Shown here: piece by piece, positions 48,086-57,849 of the stretch
Layout: every line of letters begins with the position of its first letter
How positions within the stretch are numbered: the stretch's first letter is position 1
Assembly (NCBI GenBank): GCA_009602735.1
Contig: WELA01002708.1
Coordinates: 186,001-250,000 of the forward strand
Direction: 5' to 3'
Length of the DNA stretch: 64,000 nt
Source: Mesotaenium endlicherianum
Lineage: Eukaryota
Program-made: the position numbers and the translations under genes
Notes under the pieces: generated by a model
Databases searched by the model: none
What the model saw: only the letters and a program-made list of their open reading frames with translations
What the model was told of the DNA's origin: nothing

Positions 48086-48898
48086 ATGAAAAAATGGGAT
48101 AGTCATTTTCAACTGGGAGATACTGTAACCGCGGAGCAATTGGATTTTTTCGACAAGCACGGTGTAATAGTATTTAGGAACTTCATCAGCAGGGAAAAAG
48201 TGAATATATTCATTGATGAGCTGAAACGCCTGGAGCAGACATGGCTGGAAGAAGGACGCGATAAAGTGAACGGCATCCCCTTGAAATTTGGCAAAGACGA
48301 GCACGGCAACAAAACTATCCAGCGTTTATGTTTCAGTTCTTTATACAGCGACCCCCTGCACCAATTACTGGAAGACGACCGGTTGAAAGCCCTCACCGCT
48401 TTCCTCGGGCCTTACGAAGGGCGTATTGCTGAGAATGAAAAAGACGGACTGGTCATCAACAATTACATCAACACCCCTAACAGCACTTTTACCCAAATGG
48501 GTTGGCATACCGATGCGCCCCGTGATCTTTTCTTAGGACAAAAGATCATGCCCATGCTCAATGTGGGTATACACCTCGATACCTGTCCTTTTGAGAATGG
48601 CGGTTTGCGGGTGATCCCCGGTACCCATAAGCAGGGTGTGCTGAAATTATTGTTCGGTAAAAAATATTTCATCGATAACAGTGATGATAACCGTGAAGTT
48701 GGGTTCGACCTCAATGCCGGCGACCTGTCGGTGCACGATGGCCGCCTCTGGCACCGCGTGAAGCAATCACCAAAATTCGGTGAAGAGAGCCGACGCCGCG
48801 TAATGTATGTGCCCATTGTAACGGGTAAGTATAAGCCGAAGGATGAGAATAGCAAAACACCTTTTTATCACCGTTTTACCAGCAAAGTGCATCATTAA
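48086..48898 (+). CDS. Phytanoyl-CoA dioxygenase family Fe(II)/2OG oxygenase
   Basis: WHTD (HxD), NGGLRVIPGTH, AGDLSVHDGRLWH, distal Arg. Confidence 0.88.
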   Translation: MKKWDSHFQLGDTVTAEQLDFFDKHGVIVFRNFISREKVNIFIDELKRLEQTWLEEGRDKVNGIPLKFGKDEHGNKTIQRLCFSSLYSDPLHQLLEDDRLKALTAFLGPYEGRIAENEKDGLVINNYINTPNSTFTQMGWHTDAPRDLFLGQKIMPMLNVGIHLDTCPFENGGLRVIPGTHKQGVLKLLFGKKYFIDNSDDNREVGFDLNAGDLSVHDGRLWHRVKQSPKFGEESRRRVMYVPIVTGKYKPKDENSKTPFYHRFTSKVHH

Positions 48899-48973
48899 AA
48901 ATTATACCCTCAGTCAAAAATGATATTGTGAAAAGGTCAACAGCTGTTGGCCTTTTTCATTCAAAACAAGTAT

Positions 48974-49753
48974 ATGAGTTACGCATTGATCACCGGGGCC
49001 AGCAAAGGAATTGGCAAAGCCATTGCAGAAGAGTTGGCGGCGAAAAAGATCGGCCTGCTGCTGGTAGCCCGCAGTGGCGACCTGCTGTCGGCACTCGCTA
49101 ATGAGCTGACGGCTAAGCATGGTATCCAGGTAGATTACCTGGCAGCCGATCTGGGCAAGGCCGGCGCGGTAGAACAGATCCTTCACTGGATAAATGAAAA
49201 GCATTACCCGGTGTATATCCTGGTAAACAATGCGGGATATGGATTGAGCGGCCCGTTTACGGCCTATAATGCCGCTGAGCACCGTGAAATGATGGAAGTG
49301 AATATGATGGCGCCTGTAGCGCTCTGTAGCGCTCTCCTGCCCCGTTTAAAAGAACAGCCGCAGGCTTATATCCTGAATATTGCCAGTTCGGCAGCATACC
49401 AGGCTGTACCCGGACTGAGCGTGTATGCCGCTTCGAAAGCTTTTGTTTTAAATTTTAGCCGTGGATTGCGCTATGAATTGCGTAATACCCGGGTATCGGT
49501 AACGGCTGTAAGTCCGGGTTCTACCGACACCGGTTTTGCACACAGGGCCAATGTGGGGCCTAAAGCCCTTAAAACGGCCGAGAAAGTGAACATGACGCCT
49601 GAAGCAGTTGCCCGGCTGGCAGTACATGCTATGTTTGCCCGCAAAACAGAGTTGATCACTGGTGTGATCAATAAACTCGGTGCATTTTTTGCGTGGTTAT
49701 TGCCTAAGAAGCTGGTAGAGAAAGCTTCAGCAGGTATATATGATTTAGATTAA
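48974..49753 (+). CDS. Short-chain dehydrogenase/reductase
   Basis: TGASKGIG, NNAG, YAASK. Confidence 0.92.
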   Translation: MSYALITGASKGIGKAIAEELAAKKIGLLLVARSGDLLSALANELTAKHGIQVDYLAADLGKAGAVEQILHWINEKHYPVYILVNNAGYGLSGPFTAYNAAEHREMMEVNMMAPVALCSALLPRLKEQPQAYILNIASSAAYQAVPGLSVYAASKAFVLNFSRGLRYELRNTRVSVTAVSPGSTDTGFAHRANVGPKALKTAEKVNMTPEAVARLAVHAMFARKTELITGVINKLGAFFAWLLPKKLVEKASAGIYDLD

Positions 49754-49798
49754 TGTTGAAAAAAGGCAAATTGGTTTTGCAGATTCTTTTTTAGCCTT

Positions 49799-49806
49799 TA
49801 TATTTG
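49799..49806 (+). promoter_or_regulatory. -7 promoter element (TATATTTG) of tRNA-Arg
   Basis: TAnnTTTG with TTTG upstream, 19 nt before the tRNA. Confidence 0.7.
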
Positions 49807-49825
49807 CAGCCCGATTAATGGGAAC

Positions 49826-49899
49826 GGCTGCGTAGCTCAACTGAATAGAGCATCTGACTACGGATCAGAAGGTTTCAGGTTTGAATCCTGACGCGGTCA
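49826..49899 (+). tRNA. tRNA-Arg(ACG)
   Basis: Acceptor GGCTGCG/CGCGGTC+A, D-arm GCTC/GAGC, anticodon arm TCTGA-CTACGGA-TCAGA, T-arm TCAGG-TTTGAAT-CCTGA; no encoded CCA. Confidence 0.95.
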
Positions 49900-49900
49900 C

Positions 49901-49931
49901 AAAAAAGAGCAGTAACATACTGCTCTTTTTT
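49901..49931 (+). terminator. Intrinsic terminator after tRNA-Arg
   Basis: AAAAAAGAGCAGTA-ACA-TACTGCTCTTTTTT perfect stem. Confidence 0.85.
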
Positions 49932-49944
49932 ATTTGCCTCACCT

Positions 49945-50139
49945 GGTGTCTTCAGTTATCGCATCTACAGGCTGAGCGAAGACCCAAACTATGTAATTGT
50001 TGATTTGGTTTTCGATCATATAGACAATGCCCTGTTAACCCTGAATGCGTTAAAAAAATTATGGAGTAATGTAGAGGGAACCGTAATGATCAATCCTAAA
50101 ACCAGGATACTGGACATGGTTGATGAAAACGAATATTAA
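49945..50139 (+). pseudogene. 5'-truncated remnant of a small (alpha+beta barrel-like) protein gene
   Basis: Reads GVFSYRIYRLSEDPNYVIVDLVFDHIDNALLTLNALKKLWSNVEGTVMINPKTRILDMVDENEY*; no upstream ATG before an in-frame TGA inside the tRNA. Confidence 0.6.
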
Positions 50140-50238
50140 GTGCCCTCGATAAGCCGTTGACTTACGTCAACAATGTTGTTTTACAGGATGCCAGTATCAC
50201 AAGGGTGCAGCACAAATACAGCAATATTTTTTTCATCA

Positions 50239-51636
50239 TTACATTTTTTTGGGAGGAGGCTTTACAATCATCGTGTCAGTAGGCAGTGACGCTACTATGT
50301 ATTTTCCAGAGTCCAGCCTCGTTGCCGGAAATGCTTTCTGCAACGAAGTCCACTCCTGGTTTTTCACATCTGTTTGATACAGGTACAGATACCTGAGTGC
50401 TTTTAAAGGTTTTAATCGTTCTATTCCTTTTGCCGTAACCTTTGTTCCTGTGAGGTTAAGAGATGCCAGGTGATGCAACGACTGTAATGCCGCGATCCCT
50501 TGATCTGTAACAAGCGTATTGCTGAGTTGCAGTTTTGTAAGTGTTGTAAGCTTGCCAATGACCGGCATAGCAGCATCATTGATAGCGGCATGATCCAGCT
50601 TCAACCATAAAAGCTGTTCTTTGAGTGGTTCGAGTAACGTTATCAGGGAATCTGCATTGGCATTTACAAAATTGGCAGAAAGATAATTGCTGTTCTGTGC
50701 AACAGGCCCCACTATTACTCCGGCTTTTTTCAGCCTGCTGACAATGGTTTCATCAGCTTTCGCCACCTGCTGATCAGGCATTGCATTTTCTTCTTTTTTA
50801 ACATTGCCCGATTGCAAAGCAATCAGTACCGGTTTGATCTTTTCTGTTTGCGGCAGGTCTTTTATTTTCTTATTAAAATCTGCGCCAGTATTGATCCACC
50901 AATGCAGTAAGGCGATTTCTTCTGCGGTGAGTTGAGGTTTCTCTTTGGGCGGCATGTGTTTTTCATTGGAAACCGGCAGCAATATTCTCCTGATCATTTC
51001 GCTTTCATCTGCTTTACCAGCGATGAGTGCAACGCCATCCTTACCTCCTTTGAGTATAAAGTTTTGCTGATCGAGTCGCAGTTTTCCTTTTTGTTTTTCA
51101 GGCCCATGACAACTGTAACACCTTGCCTGTAACAAAGGTTGTACCACACCAGGATACAACGCTGCTTCCTGGATATTGGGAATGGGTTTCAATGCAGGGC
51201 CTTCCTGGTTATTATGCAGGGCGGATGTAAGATAATCCGACCCATGCGTCAATGAACCACCCAGGTGCCCGGTAATGGTAATCAATACAATGATGCCCAG
51301 GGAAAACCAGCGGGCCATTTTTTCATTGAACGAAAACTTATACAACAAATAGAAGATCAAAGAAGCTGTTACTGAAAGAATACCCAGCCATTGATGCTGC
51401 TCTACCAAATCGGCATCGTAATCTGCGCTGAGTGAAAGCATATACCCTGTTAAACAGGAAAATATTCCGCTCAGCACACCCCAGAACAGCATCACGGGGA
51501 TCGCCGGCCGAAGCAATGCAAATCTTTCTTTTATAGAAAGCCACTGAAAAAAACAGGCAAGCAATAAGATACCGATAGGCAAGTGCACCAGTATCGGGTG
51601 AAAACGTCCCATCAAACCTGAAACAGATAAAAACAT
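50239..51636 (-). CDS. Membrane (DUF2231-like) + planctomycete-type cytochrome c + leucine-rich repeat protein
   Basis: GRFHPILVHLPIG, GHLGGSLTHG, CYSCH heme motif, HMPP, LxLxxTxVTDxG repeats. Confidence 0.85.
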   Translation of the reverse strand: MFLSVSGLMGRFHPILVHLPIGILLLACFFQWLSIKERFALLRPAIPVMLFWGVLSGIFSCLTGYMLSLSADYDADLVEQHQWLGILSVTASLIFYLLYKFSFNEKMARWFSLGIIVLITITGHLGGSLTHGSDYLTSALHNNQEGPALKPIPNIQEAALYPGVVQPLLQARCYSCHGPEKQKGKLRLDQQNFILKGGKDGVALIAGKADESEMIRRILLPVSNEKHMPPKEKPQLTAEEIALLHWWINTGADFNKKIKDLPQTEKIKPVLIALQSGNVKKEENAMPDQQVAKADETIVSRLKKAGVIVGPVAQNSNYLSANFVNANADSLITLLEPLKEQLLWLKLDHAAINDAAMPVIGKLTTLTKLQLSNTLVTDQGIAALQSLHHLASLNLTGTKVTAKGIERLKPLKALRYLYLYQTDVKNQEWTSLQKAFPATRLDSGKYIVASLPTDTMIVKPPPKKM

Positions 51637-51665
51637 GATCGATACAATTTTTAAAACGAAGGGCT

Positions 51666-52595
51666 TTACGCGCCGTATCGCTGTCTCAGCAATTTCATCA
51701 TATACACATTGATGGCCCATTGATCAGCCAATGGCTGTCTCGTATAAGGCAGTGTAGGCATGTATGTAGGAGGCCCAAATTCGGTGAGGATCGTCATTCG
51801 CTCGCCATTTCTTTTTTTACGTTCCGCTACCTTGTCCCACCATGCGAAATGTTGCTTAACAGCCGCTTCCCATTCCGGTGCGCGCGGATCATTCACTTGT
51901 GGCCCTTCTTCGTGGCCGATGCGCGCATGGATATGTTCTACCCTTTCCAACGCCATATCAACTGTTTCTTTTTGATCACCCAGCATACTTTCGTGCACAT
52001 TGCACCAATGCGATACATCGAAAGTAAGTTTCAGGTCGGGTTTCTTTTCTATGAACTGCCTGGTAATATGCGCAGCGAATAGCATGCGCGAACGGTGCGT
52101 TTCGTGACAGAATCGAATGCCTGTGTCTTTGGAAAGTTGCGTGGTATGATCGATGAAAGCTACCGATTGATCAAAACTAAAATAATCACGCCCGGAATGG
52201 CAATTGATATAAACCGGTTTTTGAAACCGATTGTTGGCGGCATCGGAAGTTACTTTCTTAAAGCTGTCGAGATGCTCCCTAAAATCGTTTTGCCAGCCCC
52301 GGCACAGAAATCCCACTTCGAGCCCATACTTTTTCAAAGCAGCAAACAATGCTTCCTGGTCTTTAGCTTCAGTTGGCCACACTGGCTCTATGCCATCATA
52401 CCCTTCTTTTTTGGCAGCAGCGCAAAATTCATCGATCGTGCCATTGAATCCCCAGTTGGTAGCCATCAGTAACAAACTGAATTTTTCGTTTTGTTTAAAG
52501 GAAGGCTTATCCGTTGCTGCAAACTCGTCTAATGAATACAGCATGCCGGCTGCTGTGGCGCTGAGTTTGATAAAATTCCTTCGGCTTTGTTTCAT
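51666..52595 (-). CDS. Tat-exported sugar-phosphate isomerase/epimerase-like TIM-barrel protein
   Basis: SRRNFIK Tat motif; HETHR, DVSHW, HIHAR, TEFGP metal-ligand pattern. Confidence 0.8.
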   Translation of the reverse strand: MKQSRRNFIKLSATAAGMLYSLDEFAATDKPSFKQNEKFSLLLMATNWGFNGTIDEFCAAAKKEGYDGIEPVWPTEAKDQEALFAALKKYGLEVGFLCRGWQNDFREHLDSFKKVTSDAANNRFQKPVYINCHSGRDYFSFDQSVAFIDHTTQLSKDTGIRFCHETHRSRMLFAAHITRQFIEKKPDLKLTFDVSHWCNVHESMLGDQKETVDMALERVEHIHARIGHEEGPQVNDPRAPEWEAAVKQHFAWWDKVAERKKRNGERMTILTEFGPPTYMPTLPYTRQPLADQWAINVYMMKLLRQRYGA

Positions 52596-52615
52596 TGTAT
52601 CTGTTTATAGTTTTT

Positions 52616-54124
52616 TTAAGCGATGATATCCCGGATCACTTTCCCTCCTACATCAGTAAGTCGGAAAGGTCTTCCCTGGAAATAATAAGTGAACTGTTCA
52701 TGATTAAAGCCCAACTGGTTCAATATAGTTGCCTGTATATCGAAGGCGTCTGTTTTACCGCTCACGGCACTGTAACCGATCTCATCTGTTTCGCCATAAG
52801 TATATCCTGGTTTGATACCGCCACCCGCCATCCATATTGTAAATGCTTCTGTATGATGGTCTCTTCCTTTAAATGGCGCATTGATGCCATTCCTGTTTTC
52901 CATCATAGGCGTACGACCGAATTCGCCGCCCCATACCACCAGTGTTTCTTCGAGCAAACCTCTTTGTTTTAAATCGAGCAACAAAGCTGTAATGGCTTTG
53001 TCGATCGTCCGGCATTTATTGATGAGGCCTATATTGACTGCATTATTGGGACTGTCTCCGTGTGCATCCCAACCCCAATCGAATAATTGCACATAACGCA
53101 CGCCTTTTTCAACCAGCTTCCTTGCCAGTAATACATTATTTGCGAAGCAACTTTTACCGGGTTGGGTACCGTACATCTCATGAATATATGATGGTTCATC
53201 GTTGATGTTCATTACCTCGGGAGCTGTTATCTGCATACGATAAGCCATCTCATATTGTGAGATACGTGAAAGAATTTCAGGATCATTGTATTCAGCGTAC
53301 TCCTGCCGGTTGGCTTCATTGATCGTTTCAATCGATGCTTTTCGCAAATCGCGGCTCATGCCATTCGGGTCCTTGATGAATAAAACCGGGTCTCCTTCGC
53401 TGCGACATTGCACACCCTGGTAAACAGATGGCAGAAAACCACTCCCCCATACCGATTTACCTGCATCGGGAAAGCTGCCGCCACTTGTTAGCACTACGAA
53501 ACCGGGCAGGTTCTGGTTCTCTGTACCCAGGCCATAAGTGACCCAACTGCCCATACTGGGCCTTCCCAAACGCGGACTGCCTGTATGCATCAACAGTTGC
53601 GCAGGTGCGTGATTGAACTGATCGGTAGTAACTGCTTTTAAAAAGCTCACTTCATCCACTACTGTTGAAAAATGTGGCAGGTTCTCGCTCACCCATGTCC
53701 TGCTTTCACCGTGTTGCGCGAAACGAGCTTGCGGACCCAGCATTTTCGGCACACCACTTATGAAAGCGAACTTTTTTCCGGCAAGCAAGGAAGGCGGACA
53801 ATCCTGTCCATCCATCTTCATCAATTCAGGTTTATAATCGAACAATTCCAATTGAGAGGGGGCGCCCGCCATGTGCAGGTAAATGACACTTTTGGCTTTG
53901 CCTGCAAATTGTGGGGGTTTGGGAAGCAATGGATGTGCGGGATCGAATGCAACAGGTGCAATAGCATTGCTGTTACCGCCGCATCCACCCAACAACGACC
54001 CCATGGCCAATGCGCCCAGCCCCATAGCACTTTCTTTCAGGAAGTGCCTGCGGGTGTGTAAGCGCAAATACGCTTCCTGCGCTTCTTTCACTAACCGTTG
54101 TACCTGTAATTCTTTTTGTGTCAT
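52616..54124 (-). CDS. DUF1501 family (sulfatase-like) protein, Tat signal
   Basis: TRRHFLK; GAPSQLELFDYKP, GWDAH, WGGEFGRTP, GRDHH. Confidence 0.88.
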   Translation of the reverse strand: MTQKELQVQRLVKEAQEAYLRLHTRRHFLKESAMGLGALAMGSLLGGCGGNSNAIAPVAFDPAHPLLPKPPQFAGKAKSVIYLHMAGAPSQLELFDYKPELMKMDGQDCPPSLLAGKKFAFISGVPKMLGPQARFAQHGESRTWVSENLPHFSTVVDEVSFLKAVTTDQFNHAPAQLLMHTGSPRLGRPSMGSWVTYGLGTENQNLPGFVVLTSGGSFPDAGKSVWGSGFLPSVYQGVQCRSEGDPVLFIKDPNGMSRDLRKASIETINEANRQEYAEYNDPEILSRISQYEMAYRMQITAPEVMNINDEPSYIHEMYGTQPGKSCFANNVLLARKLVEKGVRYVQLFDWGWDAHGDSPNNAVNIGLINKCRTIDKAITALLLDLKQRGLLEETLVVWGGEFGRTPMMENRNGINAPFKGRDHHTEAFTIWMAGGGIKPGYTYGETDEIGYSAVSGKTDAFDIQATILNQLGFNHEQFTYYFQGRPFRLTDVGGKVIRDIIA

Positions 54125-54143
54125 GAACAACTGTTTTGCTCGT

Positions 54144-56885
54144 TTACCATTTCGTCACTATTTCATCGAGATTCAGCATAGCATTCGCTACTACAACCAG
54201 TGCTGCTGTTTCAGGGTTGTTGTGTTGATCATTCATGCCGATCATCTCGCAGGTCTTGTCCCGATCATTTTTAAAATCTCTCAAGGCTCTGTCGTACAAG
54301 CCTTTGAACAGGCTCAGCTTCGCCTGGCTGATGGGTTTATACAACATGAGTTCATATCCTTTCATGATCTGCTGCTCTGTTTTTTTACCCGCTTCCTCTT
54401 GCATACGGTATGCAAAATGTCTTGCCATATCCAGGTAAGCAGAATCGTTCATTGTTACCAATGCCTGCAACGGCGTGTTGGTGCGGATTCTGCGGGCTGT
54501 ACACAATACACGCGGCACACCATCAAATGTAATCATGGAGGGATACGGCGCGGTGCGTTTCCAATAAGTATACACTGCCCTGCGGTACTGGTCCTCGTCT
54601 TTGCTGTTGATCCATTTTGCGCCATTGTAGGGTGAAAGCCATATCCCTTCTGGCTGCCAGGGCATCACACCCGGACCATACATTTTATCACTCATCATAC
54701 CACTGATGCACAAATGCTGGTCACGCAGTTGTTCCGCGCTTAATCGTACCCTTGGTCCGCGTGCATAATATTTATTGAACGGATCTTTTTCTTTTACTTC
54801 ATTACTCAGTTTCGAATCTTGCCGATAAGTAGCACTCATCACCAGTTCTTTCAGTAAGGTCTTGAGGCTCCAGTGGTAATCATTCATCAGCTTCCAGGAG
54901 AGAAAATCCAGCAGCTCTTTATGAGTAGGTGGTATTCCCTGGGTACCCAGGTCTTCGAGCGTTTCTGCAATACCGGTACCGAAAAGCTGTTCCCATAAAC
55001 GGTTTACGATCGTTCTGGAAACCAACGGGTTTCTTTTATCGGTCAGCCACATGGCCAAACCCATGCGGTTCTTGGGAGCTCCGGCAGGCATGGCATATGC
55101 AAATATCTTTGGCACGGCCGGTTCCACTTCTTTTCCTTTACTGGTCCAGGCGCCCCGTATGAACACATTCGTTTTCCGCCACATCCAGGATGGATTCTCT
55201 ACCATTACAGGTGTTGTGGTTACTTTGGCATCAAGGAGTTCATGAAAGGATTGTTCGATTTTTACAAAACCTGGCACCGATTTACCAGGCAATTGTTCAA
55301 TGAAGCCAAAACAGTCAAAGGATACGGCAAATGATTTATTATCTGCAGGCAATGTGGGATTTTCGTAAGTAAGATACACATCGTGCACACCTGTTTGCGA
55401 AGAGAGGTGAATGTATTCATACCGCCATTGTGGTATAGCTTTTAATACTACTGAAGCCAGTAAAGGTCCGTCCGGCGCATCTACATGCAACTTCAATGTA
55501 CCTGATCGGTTATTAGTGTAGAGCTTACAAACCAACAGGTTCTTTTGTTGTAAGTCGATTTTTTTAAGCCTGGCTACTGCATGATTGCGAATGATCAATT
55601 GAATATTGTGGTTTGCAATCACAGCGTTTTTCAAGCTATCGGCTGTTGTAGAATTTACCGATGGCTGTAAGGTGCGCAGGAATTTTTTGAGATTACTAGC
55701 TTCTGTTTCCGATGCATATTTCTTTGTCCAGTCAGTAATTGCCTTTAATTTTTGTTGCATCGTATCGTTGTACTCACGTAGTAAGGGATGTTCTCCGGGC
55801 ACGTCTTCATCACGGGTATTGTTGAAATAAGCCAGGAATTGATAATATTCTTCATGATGAAAAGGATCATAAGGGTGACTGTGGCATTGTACACAGGAAA
55901 AAGTGGTGCTCATCAACGATTCCCAGGTAGTGTTCACCCGGTCTATCACTGCGGCTGTTCTGAACTCTTCATTATCGGTTCCGCCTTCATCGTTGTTCAT
56001 TGAATTCCGGTGAAAAGCAGTAGCAATATATTGTGCATCGGTAGGATCTGGCAACAGATCGCCGGCAATTTGTTCCGTAATAAAAAGGTTGTATGGTTTG
56101 TCTTCATTGAAAGCATGGATAAGCCAGTCCCTGTACTTCCAGATAGAACGGCCTCCATCGGCTTCGTATCCTTTGGTATCGGCATACCTCGCCAGGTCCA
56201 GCCAAAGGGAAGCCCATCGTTCTCCAAAATGCGGTGAAGCAAGCAGGGAGTCCACCAACACTTCGTATGCTTTATCATTATTGCTTTTCAGGTATTGTTC
56301 TGCAACCGTCTGCGTTGGATACCTGCCAATCAGATCAAGACTTACCCTTCTTAACAAGGTAGCTTTATCTGCCTGGGCAGCAGGTTGTAATTTTTCCTCC
56401 TTCAGTTTGGCATAAATGAATTTATCTACATCATTGTGTATCCAGTTATTGGCGATATCAGGGGCATCCGTTTTTTGTACGGGAAGGTAGGCCCAATGAT
56501 CACCCCATTTAGCCCCTTGCCTGATCCATTCTTTCAGGATATGTATCTCATTTTTACTAAGGGCTTCATGTTTATAGGGCATTCTTTCTTCCGGGTCTTT
56601 GGAAGTCAGCCGGCGGATCATTTCACTTCCGTTGGGATCACCGGGAATAATAACAGGGTTGCCAGACTCTGTTTTAGCCAATGCCTCTTCGCGGAACAAT
56701 ACGCTGAATCCGCCCTTGGCTTTGACACCACCGTGACAGGAAATACATTTTTTATTGAGGATGGGTTTTACTTCTGTATTAAAATCTATCCTTTTAGTGG
56801 GCGACAGCAAAAAGATACAACCCGTTGCTGCAATAACGGCAATTCCGGTAATAACATATTTTTTCTTTGTAAAAAGAAATTTCAT
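54144..56885 (-). CDS. Planctomycete cytochrome c + DUF1549/DUF1553 (PSCyt2/PSD1) protein with CBM6-like insert
   Basis: CISCH and CVQCH heme motifs; WLDLARYAD, VNRLWEQLFGTG, SATYRQ; insert ending GVHDVYLTY. Confidence 0.88.
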   Translation of the reverse strand: MKFLFTKKKYVITGIAVIAATGCIFLLSPTKRIDFNTEVKPILNKKCISCHGGVKAKGGFSVLFREEALAKTESGNPVIIPGDPNGSEMIRRLTSKDPEERMPYKHEALSKNEIHILKEWIRQGAKWGDHWAYLPVQKTDAPDIANNWIHNDVDKFIYAKLKEEKLQPAAQADKATLLRRVSLDLIGRYPTQTVAEQYLKSNNDKAYEVLVDSLLASPHFGERWASLWLDLARYADTKGYEADGGRSIWKYRDWLIHAFNEDKPYNLFITEQIAGDLLPDPTDAQYIATAFHRNSMNNDEGGTDNEEFRTAAVIDRVNTTWESLMSTTFSCVQCHSHPYDPFHHEEYYQFLAYFNNTRDEDVPGEHPLLREYNDTMQQKLKAITDWTKKYASETEASNLKKFLRTLQPSVNSTTADSLKNAVIANHNIQLIIRNHAVARLKKIDLQQKNLLVCKLYTNNRSGTLKLHVDAPDGPLLASVVLKAIPQWRYEYIHLSSQTGVHDVYLTYENPTLPADNKSFAVSFDCFGFIEQLPGKSVPGFVKIEQSFHELLDAKVTTTPVMVENPSWMWRKTNVFIRGAWTSKGKEVEPAVPKIFAYAMPAGAPKNRMGLAMWLTDKRNPLVSRTIVNRLWEQLFGTGIAETLEDLGTQGIPPTHKELLDFLSWKLMNDYHWSLKTLLKELVMSATYRQDSKLSNEVKEKDPFNKYYARGPRVRLSAEQLRDQHLCISGMMSDKMYGPGVMPWQPEGIWLSPYNGAKWINSKDEDQYRRAVYTYWKRTAPYPSMITFDGVPRVLCTARRIRTNTPLQALVTMNDSAYLDMARHFAYRMQEEAGKKTEQQIMKGYELMLYKPISQAKLSLFKGLYDRALRDFKNDRDKTCEMIGMNDQHNNPETAALVVVANAMLNLDEIVTKW

Positions 56886-57101
56886 CTGGCAGTCTTTATC
56901 GTAGAATCAGTGCTAAAAAATACGCTTTTTTTACCAATCATTTGCTTGCAGGGCGCAGACAATCGATTGCCTATAAATATTTTATATATATCCAGCTTTT
57001 ATGAGTCAGCACAAACTCAGGGCGAACCCATTACACCTTTATTAATACGCATTCAAGATTTGCCAAAAGAAGTAAAAGGCTACAAAAGGAGTTAAGTTAA
57101 A

Positions 57102-57142
57102 ATTTAAATGCCGGGCAGTTATTCACCACCCGGCATTTAAAT
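57102..57142 (-). terminator. Hairpin downstream of fasciclin gene
   Basis: Perfect 14-bp arms ATTTAAATGCCGGG / CCCGGCATTTAAAT. Confidence 0.65.
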
Positions 57143-57212
57143 GTATTGATTTGCCAGCCATTGAAAAATGATCATCTCATCGACATATCCTCCCTATTCA
57201 CATCATTACACA

Positions 57213-57779
57213 CTATGGCATCAAAACAGTGTTAATCACATGAATGACGCCATTTGACTGATACACATCTGCAATTGTTACTTCTGCTTTATTACCTTTG
57301 GAATCAATTACCCATAGTTTTTTCCCTTTTTCTGCAAAAGTCAATTGCTCTCCCTGAAGCGTGGTAAACATCACCTTTCCGTGTCCTTCTTTGATCTTCT
57401 TACGCAACTCTTTCGAGTCCATCTTACCGGGAATCACATGATAGGTTAAGATAGCAGTGAGCGTGGATTTGTTTTCCGGCTTTACAAGATTGTCAACTGT
57501 TCCTGAAGGCAGCTTTTGAAAGGCTTCATCCGTAGGTGCAAAAACAGTAAAAGGGCCCGCACCAGAAAGCGCTTCTAAGAGACCAGCAGCTTTTACTGCC
57601 GCCACCAACGTGGTGTGATCTTTGGAATTGACGGCATTTTCAATAATATTTTTGGTAGGATACATTGGCGCACCACCTACCATAACTGCTTTGCTATCCT
57701 GTGCAAAAGCATTGCTCAATGAGAAAGTCATCATAGTTACTACAATCAGCAACAGGGACTTGTGTTTCAATAATTTCAT
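57213..57779 (-). CDS. Fasciclin (FAS1) domain exported protein
   Basis: VGGAPMYP, TLVAAVKAAGL, FTVFAPT, LTYHV, SNGVIHVINTVLMP. Confidence 0.93.
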   Translation of the reverse strand: MKLLKHKSLLLIVVTMMTFSLSNAFAQDSKAVMVGGAPMYPTKNIIENAVNSKDHTTLVAAVKAAGLLEALSGAGPFTVFAPTDEAFQKLPSGTVDNLVKPENKSTLTAILTYHVIPGKMDSKELRKKIKEGHGKVMFTTLQGEQLTFAEKGKKLWVIDSKGNKAEVTIADVYQSNGVIHVINTVLMP

Positions 57780-57807
57780 AAATGATTTTAATTTGATTAT
57801 ATTCATT

Positions 57808-57833
57808 TACGCAGATAATATCTTGATGGTTTT
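57808..57833 (-). promoter_or_regulatory. Candidate ECF-sigma promoter of fasciclin (AAAACC-N16-CGTA)
   Basis: - strand reads AAAACC atcaagatattatctg CGTA, 28 nt before ATG 57779. Confidence 0.45.
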
Positions 57834-57849
57834 ATCCCCGATAATAAAA

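Noticed and set aside
49875..49899. tRNA-Arg as pseudo-tRNA (T-loop TTTGAAT) or as att site
   Set aside because: All stems pair and promoter and terminator are intact; I saw no duplicate of its 3' end in the window
56436..57095. 219-aa + strand ORF
   Set aside because: Mostly antisense to the DUF1553 gene start; the rest is intergenic with no protein-like pattern
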